Origin: Octopus vulgaris
Lineage: Eukaryota
Reading direction: 5' to 3'
Length of the DNA: 64,000 nt
Assembly (NCBI GenBank): GCA_951406725.2
Contig: OX597817.1
Span: 113,646,001-113,710,000, forward strand
Below, one piece after another: positions 12,278 through 25,400 of the stretch. Each line of letters opens with the position of its first letter. The stretch's first letter is position 1. Under the pieces are notes generated by a model. It did no database searches, was not told the DNA's origin, and saw only the letters and a list, made by a program, of their open reading frames with translations. A program made the position numbers and the translations under genes.

Positions 12278-13935
12278 AGGGTAGTGAGAGCCATTCAAGC
12301 CATGTGCAGGGATGCTGTCAATAAGGTGAGAGTTAACAAGGATGGCGATGAATTCAATGTCCAGGTGGAAGTTCATCAATGTTCAGTTATCAGCCCCTTC
12401 CTATTTATCATAGTCTTTCAGACCACTATGGAGGAATTTAAGACCAGCTGTCCATGGGAACTCCTCAATGATGATGACTTTGTTCATATAGCAGAAACTA
12501 TAGTAGAACTAGAAATGAAATTCCAGGTTTGGAAGCAAGACCTGAAATCAAAGAGCCTTAAGGTTAACTTGGGAAAAAACAAAGTTCTAGTTAGTAGGAG
12601 AACAGACAGGATGCTAATCCCTTCTGATAAATGGTTCTGATATGTAGAAATGTTGTAGGTAGGCATTCCATATAGTGTACTCAGTGCAAACTATGGATAC
12701 AATGCAGCAATATAACAGGAAGATTAACAGAGAAAGTAAACTTTGTGGCAGATGCATAAGTGCAATAAACGCTAACAACAAATGGGAAATAGATTTTCTG
12801 GAAAGTCCAGGAGGATCCTTACAGGTAGTAGTTAGTTTCTGTTATCTAAGAGACCTAATTAACAGTGGTGGTAGTAGGGTATGTGCAGAAAATGTAGTTG
12901 CTAAAATAAGAACCTGCTGGAAAAAGTTCAGAGAACTACTACCTCAGTTGATAACAAAGGGCTTCTTTCTGAGTGAAAGACAGATTGAATAATGCCTGTC
13001 TACAAACAGCATGTATGAGCATGTGATGTGGATGGATGAGGGCAGCTGTATAAAGAGGTGCTGATTGCTAAGCATGGAAAGAACCTGTGGAACCAGGAGA
13101 CCCTGGCATATGCGGGCTGATGCAGTGAAGACTGGCCTCAAAATGTTGAACCTCTCAGAGGAGATGCCAAGGGATTGAGATGAATGGTGATATGTTGTGT
13201 TTGAGAAGAGACGTCCATCTCAGCCAAAGTGAGGACTTGTCAAGCCTTGCCCTTCAATTCATCTTCTAACATCCATCTTTCCATCAACTTTCTGCAGTAC
13301 TACCTGCTCAGATACTGTAAATGATACCACTTGCTCCCCACTATTATTCACATTGTACCATTACTACTGTCCCTTATCACCCTCTTCCCCTCCTTAACTC
13401 ACTCCTACTTCCTTTCCTTCATTCCTCCTCCCCCAAACTGATATTCATTACATCCACCTTAATCCCCATCAATAACCTTCTGCCACACTATGTTCACAAT
13501 AGTGTACAAGCTTATCCAGCCATCTTTTCTGTTCCTCTATCCCTATTCTCTCTCTCTCATATTCACCTTGTACTTTGACCTTATATTTCTCTCTCTCTCT
13601 CTCTCTTTGTGTATGAGGAAGCCATGTATTCACCTCTTCAGCAAATCACCTGCTCCTATCCCTCTCTCATACTTTTATATTCCTCAATATTATACTTCAC
13701 TCAGTTGAAGGGTCTTGCCTTGCAAATACTTGGTGACTTCACCTGTGGGGGTGCACAGAAACAGTACCCAGTGAAGTGGTTGACTTTAGGAAGAGCATCC
13801 AGCTGTAGAAACCATGCCAAAGCCAACACTGGAGCTCAATGCAGCCCCTTAGCTTGTCACCTCATGTTGAATTGTCCAACTCATGCCAACATAGAAAAAA
13901 GGACGTTAAAAGATGACAATTATGATGATGATGAC
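12278..13935 (+). mobile_element. RTE-clade LINE, 5'-truncated (RT, PHD-like finger, C-terminus, 3' UTR and (GAT)n tail)
   Basis: ORFs 12134-12640 and 12675-12992 contain EFNVQVEVHQCSVISPFLFIIV, WELLNDDDFV (YADD-equivalent), KSLKVNLGKNKVL, SFCYLRDLI and CWKKFRELLP; the family 3' tail is at 13710-13935. Confidence 0.85.
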
Positions 13936-14976
13936 ATACATACACACACACACGCATGCAACAGGCTTTTTCAGTTTCTGTCTACCAAATCCATTTGCAA
14001 GGCTTTGGTTGACCCAGGGCTATAATAAATGACAAGATAGTATCAGGATTTTGAGTCTCCTTTGATTCTTAAAATGCATGTCATACATGTATTAAATGTT
14101 CTCTAATTTTAGTATTAACAGATAACATTATGTGCAGAATATGATGAATGTATTAATAAAAAGCTACTAGCATTAATTATACATTACAAACACACAACTT
14201 ATGACATCATTTATTGTAATAACAAACCTTTCTACCTCCTAGATAAAAGTGTCCTACAGAAAGGTACTATTTACTAATTTAGATCCCATGGAAATACTGT
14301 GCAACTGTTAAATATTTGGCATTTTGTTGGTTTAAAAGGCTGAATTCAAGTCTTCCCATTGGGAAAAGTATACATGATATAGAGATAAAGGGTTGACATT
14401 TGAATGTATGTATTCAGTTAAACTAACATACTTCTGATATTGAAATCTTACTCTTGTAGCAACAAGTTTACTTTTCTCATCATCCCTCCTGAGTATCACC
14501 CAGGGCCAAATTAAGGCCAACAGAGGCTCTAAGCACTCAAGTATATGTAAATGATTCAAAATGTAAATAAAAATTATTCAAAATGTAAACCATAAAGTAA
14601 ATTTTTATTTTTCAAAATGAAACAAAATTAACAGTAAGATGGAAAATAATGCTTATTTTTTTATGATTCCATTTTATTTATATTTGAAAAGTTTTCTCCT
14701 TCATTTTTTTTTTGTTTTTTAATTGCAAAGTCTTCAATGATATTGTTAAAATTAATTTTATAGAATCAGGTCTGGTTAACATGTGGTACCTAAATTGTAT
14801 TTGTATAGTACAGCTTCTTTCTTTTTCAAGTATTATTGGTCTAATTTAACAATACTAAAAGAAAATGTATCAGTTCTTGAAGCATGGTAAGTTCTAGTTA
14901 AGTTACAAGAATTATAATTTCAAAGTCTTACTAGTATCAGGGTATTGATTCATATGTGAGAAACAACTATCTAAAA

Positions 14977-15158
14977 CAGGGGTCTCTAAAGTGGTTGATA
15001 TCGATCCCTGGGGGTCATTGGGACTATTCCAGGGTTTGATAAATGCACATCTAATTATTATTATTTATTTACTTATTTTCTTGTACATGCCTGGGGGTCG
15101 ATGAGGGGTCAAGGATTCCGTGAAGGGACTGATGGTCTAAAAAGTTTGGGGACCTCAC
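14977..15158. mobile_element. Short hAT-like MITE
   Basis: Imperfect terminal inverted repeats caggggtctctaaa ... tttggggacctc. Confidence 0.45.
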
Positions 15159-15422
15159 TTATTGAGAGAATATATAAATCCTGGTTTTTGCATATCAAAC
15201 AAGTTTTCTATTTGTTTATTTATTTCTGTTTCTACTTTACTTTGTTGAAAGTACATTTATTGTTCACAACACTGTTTTAGTTGATTTTCTTGAAAACTGA
15301 TATATAACTTTCAAACTTACCCTTTTAATGTTAGGTGTTAGACATAGAATTTGGGAAGAAATATCATACTCCGGCAATTTATAACAATGTCTAAGTAAGC
15401 ATAAATCCTATACAACATATCT

Positions 15423-16975
15423 ATAGGTGCAAGCACAGTTGTGTGATAAGAAGCTCACTTCCATTTCCGGTTGTGTTAGTGTTGTTCTTGCAACATGGAG
15501 GTTGTTGCGCTGGTTTGCAGCTGGCGAAGTATTGACTGAAAGAGAAGCTCAACTGTAAGGTGGAACTTTTGTTTTTTGGGTCCAGTGGGGCTTTGATGTT
15601 TGCTGTAATTAGTTTTGTACAAACAGGAGATCCTCACTGGATTCTGGACTCTGGTCTGCCTGCAGTTGAGTGAATAGTTTTTCTCACTTAATTGTGAGAA
15701 TTGTTGTTTTGGGGGCATATCTCGCTTCCAAAAATAGTTGGATATTTTCACTAATTTTTCGTGAAATTTGTGGAAGCTGTGTTCCAGTTGTTGCATTCCA
15801 GTTTCTAATTGCACTTAATTGTTGTTTTGGGGGTGTATCCCACCTTCGAAAAATTGTGAAATATTTTGAAAAATTCTACCAATTTGTGTTCCTGCTGCCG
15901 TGACCCTGGAGTACCTTTTTTGGAATACCTATTGACTGGAGTACTTAGTGGCAGAAAAATTTGTGTCTGCTGTGTATTTGAACTGTTTTCCTCCGTTTTG
16001 CGACTTTCTTTTTGAACTGTTTTCTTTTCTTCTTTTTTTGTGACTTTCTTGTTTTGAACTTTTTTTCTTGAACTGTTATTTTTTTTGTGACTTTACGTTG
16101 AGCTTTGTTTTCTTCCAAGAACATGGCAAAGAAACAGGACTCTGTGTTGGAGTGGGAGATTGTCCCACCCAAGCAGTAGTTAAAAGACTTAAATGATGAA
16201 CGGTAGTGTTGAGGACTTGTGCAGGGTAATGAACTCCTTCCTTGAGGATACATTTTAGTTTATGTTGAAGTGGTCTGACTTGGCACCGCCCAGGTGCTTG
16301 AATGAGGCAAGGTGCCTAGTCGGGTATGAAAGTTCCTAGCTGGGAAAAAAGGTAAGAGGCTTAGTGCCTCATTGTAAGGGCCTTGAGTCCAAAACAAATA
16401 TTGGTAAGAGGTTTATTGCCTTAAATTGTAAGTTCACAAAAGAACAATGTAAAGATCGGCGGGCGCCTTTTGCCTTCTCTCATTAATATCATCCTGTTCA
16501 TCATTCATCTCATTAATGTCTTTGTCCAGCCTGTAGCTTCTCCATCAGTGTACAGCTTTCATGGCCAATTTAATAAAATAAAGAAGCTTGCTTCCCAATC
16601 ACATGATTTTGGGTTCATCCCACTGTGGCATCTTAGGCAAGTGTCTTCTACTATGGCCTCAGGCTAACCAAAACCTTGTGACTGGATTTGGTACATGAAA
16701 ATAGAGCAGCATGTCATATGCATACATATATATATATATACCATTTATGTGTGTCTTCATGTCCCCCACCACACACACAATCACTTGACAACTGGTGTTG
16801 GTATGGTTATATCCCTATAACTTAGTGGTTTGACAAGAGATATTGATAGAATTAAGTACCAGACTTAACAAAAAATAAGTACTGGGGTTGATTAATTTGA
16901 CTAAAAATTCTTCAAGGTGGTGTCCCAGCATTGCTGCAGTCTAAAGACTGAAACAAGTAAAAGATAGAAGATAGT
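15423..16975 (+). mobile_element. SINE family A interrupted by an L1/Tx1-like insertion
   Basis: Head at 15423-15462; the body resumes at 16581 (aagaagcttgcttcccaatcacatg...ggcaagtgtcttctactat) and ends with gactgaaacaagtaaaagataga. Confidence 0.75.
15463..16580 (+). mobile_element. Internally deleted L1/Tx1-like element (5' UTR, ORF1 start, 3' end)
   Basis: ATG at 16123 gives MAKKQDSVLEWEIVPPKQ, homologous to the ORF at 29311-29556; ends in aataaaata; flanked by a 15-bp duplication aagaagct(ca/tg)cttcc. Confidence 0.7.
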
Positions 16976-17707
16976 CTATGTAGAATTAGAAATACAAAAA
17001 CAAAAAAAAAAGCTTTTGAAGGAGACACGTTTACTCCTCTGAAGATTACTTCAACATTCCAGACTTTTATCGAAAAAAATAAAAGTTATTACATAGCAAC
17101 TTGAGCAGTGTTAAACTGTAAGGTGGATTGGGAGATAACTCAATGAAAATAGCTGTAGAATTCAGCAACCCAGGTAATTTAATTAGAAATTGATAGCGCA
17201 ATGGCAAGAAATGCAAAAGCTTTGAGTGATCACTATTCTCCCTTTTTATAGCAAGATGCTTTTTCCTATATGTCTAAGGAAAAAAACCATTCTTATAATA
17301 ACCATCATTGTTATTATCATTTAATGTCCATGTTGATATACCACAAAATGTAAAGTATAATACCAATATAATGCCTGCATCTATATCAAAATAATTAAAC
17401 AATTTCAAATCTGTTACTCGATAGATAAAATGACTTCTTATTTTTTAAGCTCCTTTAATAAAAAAAAATTTCTTCTACAGGCTGTTCCAAACAATAAACC
17501 AATGTCACCTGTTTTGTCAAAAGGCAGTGAAAGCATCTAAGTCAATAAAGGATCCCACCACTGATGAGTCAAATTCCATATGCATTATAGGCAAAGGAAA
17601 AAGAATTTTGACCTCCTTGTCTTTCATAATGCAAATAAAATTAAATTTTCACAAGTGAAAATAAAAATGAGTTTGCATATCAATGGTTACTAATCTGATA
17701 TTATGTT

Positions 17708-18057
17708 ATCATCATCATCATCATCATCGTTTAACGTCCGCTTTCCATGCTAGCATGGGTTGGACGGTTCAACTGGGGTCTGGGGAGCCCGAAGGCTGCA
17801 CCAGGCCAGTCAGATCTGGCAGTGTTTCTACAGCTGGATGCCCTTCCTAACGCCAACTACTCCGAGAGTGTAGTGGGTGATTTTATGTGCCACCGACACA
17901 GGTGCCAGACGAGGCTGGCGAACGGCCACACTCGGATGGTGTTTTTATGTGCCACCGACACAGGTGCCAGACGAGGCAGGCAGACGTCCACGCTCGGATG
18001 GTGTTTTTATGTGCCACCGACACAGGTGCCAGACGAGGCTGGCAGACGGCCACGCCA
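17708..18057 (-). mobile_element. Young-looking RTE 3'-end repeat with three 62-bp tandem units
   Basis: (CAT)n-cgtttaacgtccgctttccatgctagcatgg start; units begin at 17881, 17943 and 18005; CpGs retained. Confidence 0.8.
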
Positions 18058-18659
18058 GTTATATTATTGATTGCAGTTTACCACCTTTTACTTCTTCTTG
18101 ACCTTCTGCACAGAGGCATAACTGAAATGCAACATTGGTACCTTATGCCAGACTTGCCTCTTTTCCAAGAACAGAGACCTGGAAGACATCCTCCAATGGC
18201 AACGTGTTGATCTAGTTTCCTTCAGCAGCACCATATATATCAAGAAAACAAACTTGAAACACTACATCCACCCTATGCCGTAACAATACATAAAGCTCTC
18301 AAATTCTGATTTTATTTTTCTTCATCATCTCACAAATGTAACAGAGCCCCCCCCCCCAAAAAAAAACAATCCTGATGCTCCATTAAGCCTAAAATTAATC
18401 AAAGCATTTTGTGACATAATAGCAGTGTTGTGAAAAATCACAAATATCCAGAGCCAAATCTAAAAGAATGCTATTTAGCAGATTGTTAAAGAGTCTCTCC
18501 CCAAGTCCACCCCTGAATTAACTAGTTCCATTACATCATCAGTTCAAAGCCATCCATTTCTCCTATTTTAGTCATCCTTTTACGCTAACAAATTTATTTA
18601 GCCTTTTTCTCTCATTCAACAACTATACCTGCATTAATCAACCAAAAGGTTTCCAAATT

Positions 18660-19363
18660 GAACAGCAACCACATCGACATTTTTCTGACTCCGAGGACTC
18701 GCGAAGGTCTTAAACGCCGTCCCTTCTTTTTCAACTAGATAATAAAAAAAAAGAGCAGAACCAACTTTCATAATTTCGTTTAATAGGAACTCAAAATGTA
18801 GCATTTTTAAAACTAATTTTGAAACTGAGATATTGAAGTATTTTTTTTTTAAATTCTACCAATTTTCGGTAGCAATGACTCAAAGAACACTACACCATGA
18901 ACGAATCAGCAAAATTGAATAAATGTCTACTATGGCAAATATAAAGCCTCGTTTTCGTAGTTAACTGAAGCATTTTGTATCAGAATGTTTTAAAAAGTAA
19001 ATCTAATTTTGTTTCTATTTAAAATTTCGTTTAAGATTTTGTTTTAATAATTATAAATTACAAAATAATACATAACTTTTAATATCACTAAACGTACTTT
19101 ATATCCTATTTGAGTTTTTAATCCCCCCCCCTAAAAAAACCTGATCCTCACAAGCCAGCATTATACATAAAAATTATTAAATAATGAATACATTTTTACG
19201 AGTTAATGAACCAAAATAAAATAAAATAAAAAGTCAACGAGACTACTGGTATATGTTATTTAAAGGGGTTGAAGATAATTGTTACGAAACTTTTGAATGT
19301 CTTCTACAGAGCTGTAAAATGTTTACAACGATGAGCAACATGCGCATGAGTAACTAAACAACC
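18660..19363. promoter_or_regulatory. Probable FAF1 promoter region, possibly bidirectional
   Basis: CpG dinucleotides are visibly more frequent from about 18660 to 22000 than in the flanks (judged by eye). NRF1-like palindrome CATGCGCATG at 19339-19348; YY1-like ccATGGCGG and ETS-like CGGAAG overlap the start codon. Confidence 0.55.
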
Positions 19364-19405
19364 ATGGCGGAAGTCGCTAGAGCCGAGCTGTTATCCACTT
19401 TCCAG
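19364..19405 (+). CDS. FAF1: FAF1 exon 1 (MAEVARAELLSTFQ)
   Basis: accATGG Kozak context and CAG|gtaaat donor; ends at FQ like the FAF1 N-terminus (ILADFQ); lies in a CpG-retaining region. Confidence 0.85.
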
Positions 19406-22400
19406 GTAAATAATAATAATCATTATAATGGAAAAAAAATCATAAGCTTTTTTCCTATCGAATGTTTAATCTCTAACGAATGACATCTTTAATGTAGATG
19501 TAAATTTTAAATAATACATATATGTGTAATATTTTAATATCATGACTTGTATTTCTCTAGCAGTTGGCTGAACAGCTGAGCTGAAAATGACTTGTTTCGA
19601 CAACAATGTTGAAACTATGACATGGATCTTAGCCAATATCATTTTACATTTAACAATACATTACTCTTTACTTAAGACATTTTTCTACAGACTCCAATAC
19701 TTATTATTATTATTTTTTACGTTATGAGAAACTTCCCCAGTATTCAAGTTTTTTCATTATCAAGTTACAAAAAGAAATCAATGTTTAGAATAATTTTTGT
19801 GTGTGATTTTTGCGTATATATATACATATATACACACACACATTCGTGTAATATCTATATATCACTTCGCCCTCTCTTCAAATATATAAAATGAAAATGA
19901 GATAAAGCTTCACGTATTCTGACTTAGTGATATATTTTGAAAATATATATATATATTCGTTGTGTGTGTGTGTATAGTGATCTTCTGTAATCTCGTCTCG
20001 TAATATTTTATTTTTTCGTTTACGACTCATATTTAATGTCCCTAAGAAGTTGGTTTCGTTTGTCTTTTTGGGGAAATTTATCACTTTGACCAATCATTTT
20101 GTCTGTGGCCGTTACATTACCTGTATTACACTGTCGCATAATCTATCTTTGTTTGGACCCAATAGTGAATGGCTAATCAAGTTTTTTTTTCTTGTATTAA
20201 TTTACTTTGTTCTAGACCATTCTATCTCTCAAAAGTCTTTTTGCCTTGTTTCGACACACACACATAAATGTTTAAACATCGTATTTTGTTCATTGTACTA
20301 CTAACAGGATATTGAAGCAGAAAAACGTTAACTTCAATTAAACCATATAAAATTTTAATTGTAGTTTGAATGGAGTATTACCAGTATTTATATATAAATG
20401 AACGAAATTTATATATTTTTTCATGTTTATCTGTTGCCCGAATGTATTCTGTTGTAAGGAGTTCCTTTAGCTCCTGGATTAATTTTTGAATACTAAAAAT
20501 ACAGTAAAGAAATCTGTTTAGATTTTAATTCCACCCACAACATGAAAAACAGTAATCGTCAGACTTCCTCAATAGATTACTAAACGGAATACTGGTTAAT
20601 AGATTTCACTTTCGTCTGTTGAAGTTACCAGTTAGTCTTCTTGGAATCAATCGCCTTATTAGTGTTGTGGATGTTTGCTTTAAAGGAATTTGCAGTGGAA
20701 ATCGGAAAGTCAGAAGACTTTTTCTGGCAGGGACACTTTAGCTGTTGAAGAATCACTTTCTGTCTTTCATAATTTTTTTTATAATTTTGAAACGTTATTT
20801 TCTTTGTCGTTTTCTAAAGTGTATCGCCTTTCTGTTTGGGTATTTATTCAATACAAATCTCATTAAAAAGCAAATTACTAAATAAGCACGAGCCAACGGT
20901 AGAGCTTTCTTTGTAGACGCTTAGCAATCCGGACAAAATCCATTTTTGTGTTCATATAGTTGAGTACAAGTCGAGCACTAGTGTTGAAATAATCCACTTC
21001 CCCCTCTACAGTTTATCACTGTACATATAATAAGGAATAAAAATTAAATATGTTAATCAATATTTTTATGGCTTTTCATTTTTTTAATCGAGAGAGTTCT
21101 GTTCTATGTTACATTTTAAGCATGAGGGTTTTGTTCTAAAAGAAGTTAATCGAGAGTTGGTAGTGGTGGACCGAGACGCTATCACTCGACGTGTTAGAAA
21201 TAGCAACCAAATCTCCACAAATCACACCCTGTCGCCTTAATAAAGAAGGAAAGTATACTGTGTCAGGAATATTGAGCTAGTCATGGTTGTATCACCTTTA
21301 ATCATAGGTGTACTCAGCCAGAGCTGACGTGGGGTTATGCAACAACTAAATAACACGTCTGTCGAAAGTTTTGATTTTTTTTTAACGTTTTACCTTCTTA
21401 GGCTTACCTGTAAATCTCATATATCACTTGTAAAGATCACTATTCTATATACTCTGTCACTAAGTTTTAACCCTTTGCCTTTCCTGTGTATTGCACGTTA
21501 TGGTTTGAGTATGGGGAAATGTTCCGGTACAGTGCCTCCTTGCATTCACCATTTATCGGTATCTACTCCAGTTGCCCCGAGCAACCCTCTAAGCAGTGTC
21601 CCAGTCAGTTCCTATCTCCCTGAAATACTTCCTCATCCGCCGTGACTATGAGACATGTGGCCGACACACGAGCCGTCACCCCAACCGCATCATCAGAGAA
21701 GAAAACAGTACGCAGGAAAATCGAACTACATGACCAAACAGTCTAGGCTGACGCTTAGACATGTGATACGCAGGACATATTTCTTTGGTGTTCACGCATC
21801 ATATATGATGCACATTCCCAATTGTTTTCAGTTACCAGAGTAACTTGGGACATATGGAAGGATAGATTTTACTCAGGACGTTTGAAACAAGGGCTAACTA
21901 ACATTCTGAACACAAGCTTAGACGTTTAGGACAAACTCATGAAAATGCTTTGGAGAGGCAAAGGGGCGAGAATTATCTTGGAATAAAAAAGGGTGACTTG
22001 GAAAGCTTTTCATCACGAGTTTCTACTTGAACAGACTTGATTTGAGGTTAACAGCAACAACATTAGTATCATGTGATTGAATCTATTTTACATTAAATCT
22101 TCCTTGTTTAACTGAAAATAAAAATCGTGGTCAACTTTCATTTAACCTTTCTTATTAAGTTTTCTCTATGTGAGCTGAGAATGTTGAGCCACTGTTTTTG
22201 CTAATAAAATCTTTTCTATGTGATTGCAATACTGCTCAGGGAAGCCAGTGTTTAGTTCCAATTCTGCTCTGATCTAGGTTAGCTAGTATCAATGGCTTTC
22301 AGGCTGTGCCCATACTGTTTTTTATTCAGATGTTTATCTTCCTGGATTTCTTTTTTTCTTTTATAATAGTTGGGTATAATTGGAGAGCGATTCAGGTGTT

Positions 22401-25400
22401 ATTTTTAACAGATTGAGCAATCTCATAGAGGTTTCCTTCTAGCACATGTGATATTAGTTTGTAGGATGGGTAAACTGAGTTATTAAGAGTGCATGTTGAT
22501 ATGTGATAAAAATGGATCATCCAAAATAGTAGTTAGGGCAAAAAGTTGTTGTTTAGCTGAGATTTTTAGAAAGAAAAAAAAATCTTCACATGATGAAGTG
22601 CAAATTGAGAACGGTTATTTTGAAGATTTATCCAAAGTAGTATTAGTCTAAGGATGATATAAACAAAACAGTTAAATTCCTTCAGTATAATGTTCCATAT
22701 GAGTTCTATATATGATACTATTTGGATCATCATTTAACCATCTGATTGTGTAGAAATGGATGGTTATAACATTTTTGAGTCATGTTGAGTCTCATAGAGG
22801 TGATAAGTGACCAAGACTTTTGGCAATTTGCTGTGCTTGAGAAGACACGTCAAGCTAAGTGAGATCATGGTATTGGCCATTGCCAGTGACATGTAAAAGA
22901 CACTCTGTAGAGTAGCTGGTGTTAGGAAGAGCATTTAGCTGTAGAAACCCAGCCAAAAACAGACTTGAACCTGGTGCAGCTCTTTAGTTTAACAGCTCCT
23001 GTCAGACCAGCTAACCCATGCCAGCATGGAAAACAGATGTTAAATGGTGATATGAAATGAAATTATATGCAACACAATTTGGTTAGCATATGCACAGGCA
23101 TAGCCATGTCGTTAAGAAGTTTGATTCACAAAGACATAGCATCATTCTGGGCTCAATGTTACTGCATTGTACCTTTTCAAATGCCTATGAGAGCCTTGGG
23201 TAGATGGAGACTATGTAGAAGTCTGGGATAGACTGGGGTTTTTTTTTTCTGTTCTTGGGCGGTAAATAAATTTGGCATCTGGTTTTATGCCATTTCTTCA
23301 CCTGAAATTGATTTTAATGGAGTCAGCTCTGTTGCAAGCATTTGGGTTAGGTCTCTACATTTATATCTTGATGCTTCTTACTGCAGCAACCCATGAGTAG
23401 TGGTTTCTGTCTTCCCATCTTTATTAGTTTAATGAACTTTGCTCAAAGTCAATGACTGTTACGCTTAATTGATCCAGCAGATTTTATCAAGCTTTCACAG
23501 TATTTGGAAGCCAGTGAGAAAGCACCTGTATCATTGTTTGATATCCTAGAAATATCAGCTAAATGTTTCTCAGATCACAGCCTTAAAAAAGAGACAGAAC
23601 ACATTGAATAGTGTAGTCCTGGATACACAATATCTATATTAAAAGGTGTATTGGTCATGATGGTTGGAAAGTCTTTAATTATGGGTATGCTTGATTGAAG
23701 TTGGCTCATGAATAACCTATTACTGACCTACTTAAATGATCTCTGTAACTTCTAGGAAATATTGCTTTATTTTATATCATCCATTAGACCGTCAGAAACT
23801 GTACACATTAAAGCTACTTGGGAAATATTAAGTATTGCAGAATAGGTTAGTTTGGTTGACATACCATAATTATTTCTCCAAGTTCAGTGTAAGGAAGAGC
23901 CAGGCACTGAATTTTTTTCTTTTTTAATTTTCTTTCCTTTGATACTTAATTGCTAGTTACTTCATTACTATGAGTCATTTAAATGAATTTACGACCCAAC
24001 TGAAAATAATTAAAGCTGATTATTTTACAATGCCATTCAGCCTTGATAGCTAAATTGTTTGGATGCTATTTGGTATGAATCGAGTAGTAGCAAGAAGAAG
24101 AAAAGGTCAACTTTTAAAAGTATCACTGAGTTGCATGTATGACCTTGCTCTGAGTGATTTCTCTTTGGTTTGCATGATTGTTAAGCAGACTATTTTCTTT
24201 GCGTTTTGAATTCAAATCCTGTTGTAGCCTATCTGGATGGTAGACTTAGTCCAGTCACCCATTTGAATACTACCACCTGGTTCTTTGGTGCCCTTAGTAC
24301 AGTCCCCTGTACTGCAAGCAATCAGGTCAGATTTTTCGTCTGAGGATACTTTGCTCTTAATAGCCTAAGAGGTCCTGCAAACAGTTGTGGGTACTGTCCT
24401 TCCTCCTGGCTGAGAAACATAAAAAAGAGGTAAAAAATCTTAAAGAAGCAGAACTATGCTCAAAGAAAAGTTTTCTAGTTGTGAGCATTTTTTTTTTACA
24501 GGCATATTGTATCTAGGACCGCGTTGTCCAATGCATCTTTTTTTAAGGACATAGTTTGAGCAACCATGTAGAGGTTCCATTAAAGACTCATAGTCTTTGT
24601 TTAATTTCATGTGTTTATGTTGTTTTCTGTATGATTACACCTCTATAATTATCTTCTTGAGCTTGCTCAGATTTGCTCAATTTGATCATCTTTCACAGTT
24701 TTGCATAGCTTATGGAAATGCACCCATTGATAAAGATTTCTGTGGGATGGCTTTGCTCTCCACAGTCTCATGTGAATTGTATGTCTCTCTCTCTCTAATG
24801 GCATCAGTGATTGCAAGAAGACTGCTACACAATCTTTGTTTGGTAAGATACTTTTTCCAGGAGATACTCAGAACAGCCTGTAACCTCAGCTAAGGTAAAG
24901 CTCAAAAAACTTTCTCTTCCACTTCTTCATTCTTATCATCTAATAGATATAATGTAGTTCCATCCTTTTAGTAGTGTTAGGTGGAAAAACAAAATTAAAA
25001 TGCTGTTTTGTGAATATATTTTCAAATATGTATTATTTTTCTTGTTCAGAATAAATGTTAGTCACTTAGATTATTAATGAAAAAAGCATTAGCTCTTGTC
25101 AAACCATACAATACTACTTCTACGCTGTACTTACTGAGTCTCTGCTTTTGCAGCATCTGTCTCCACTGCTGATTAGGCCACCTAGATAATAGAAGCTGCC
25201 ATCTACTTCTAGGAAGCTTTCCAAGCATTTGGAGAAATTAATTTCTTGGGTGCTCTTAATACTACTCAGATGCACCTGCTACATGATGGAGCTTCTATCA
25301 ACTTCTGTAGTTCTTCAGTTTGATCAACAGAACTATCTGCTTGTTAAATTAATATGCAAGTGGCTTAGTGTTTTACAAATACTTGTACTCTTAACAGTCC

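Noticed and set aside
14238-14559. Possible minus-strand exons (an 18-nt microexon and a 75-aa ORF)
   Set aside because: The larger segment has stops in the phase needed to join the candidate divergent gene, and the microexon is too short to support.
17561-17615. CTGATGA followed by a stem, hammerhead-like
   Set aside because: No GAAA after the stem and no stems I or III.
17747-18210. Overlapping ~107-aa ORFs with repeated peptides, superficially array- or CRISPR-like
   Set aside because: Produced by a 62-bp tandem repeat with no unique spacers inside a retroposon tail; eukaryotic context and no cas genes.
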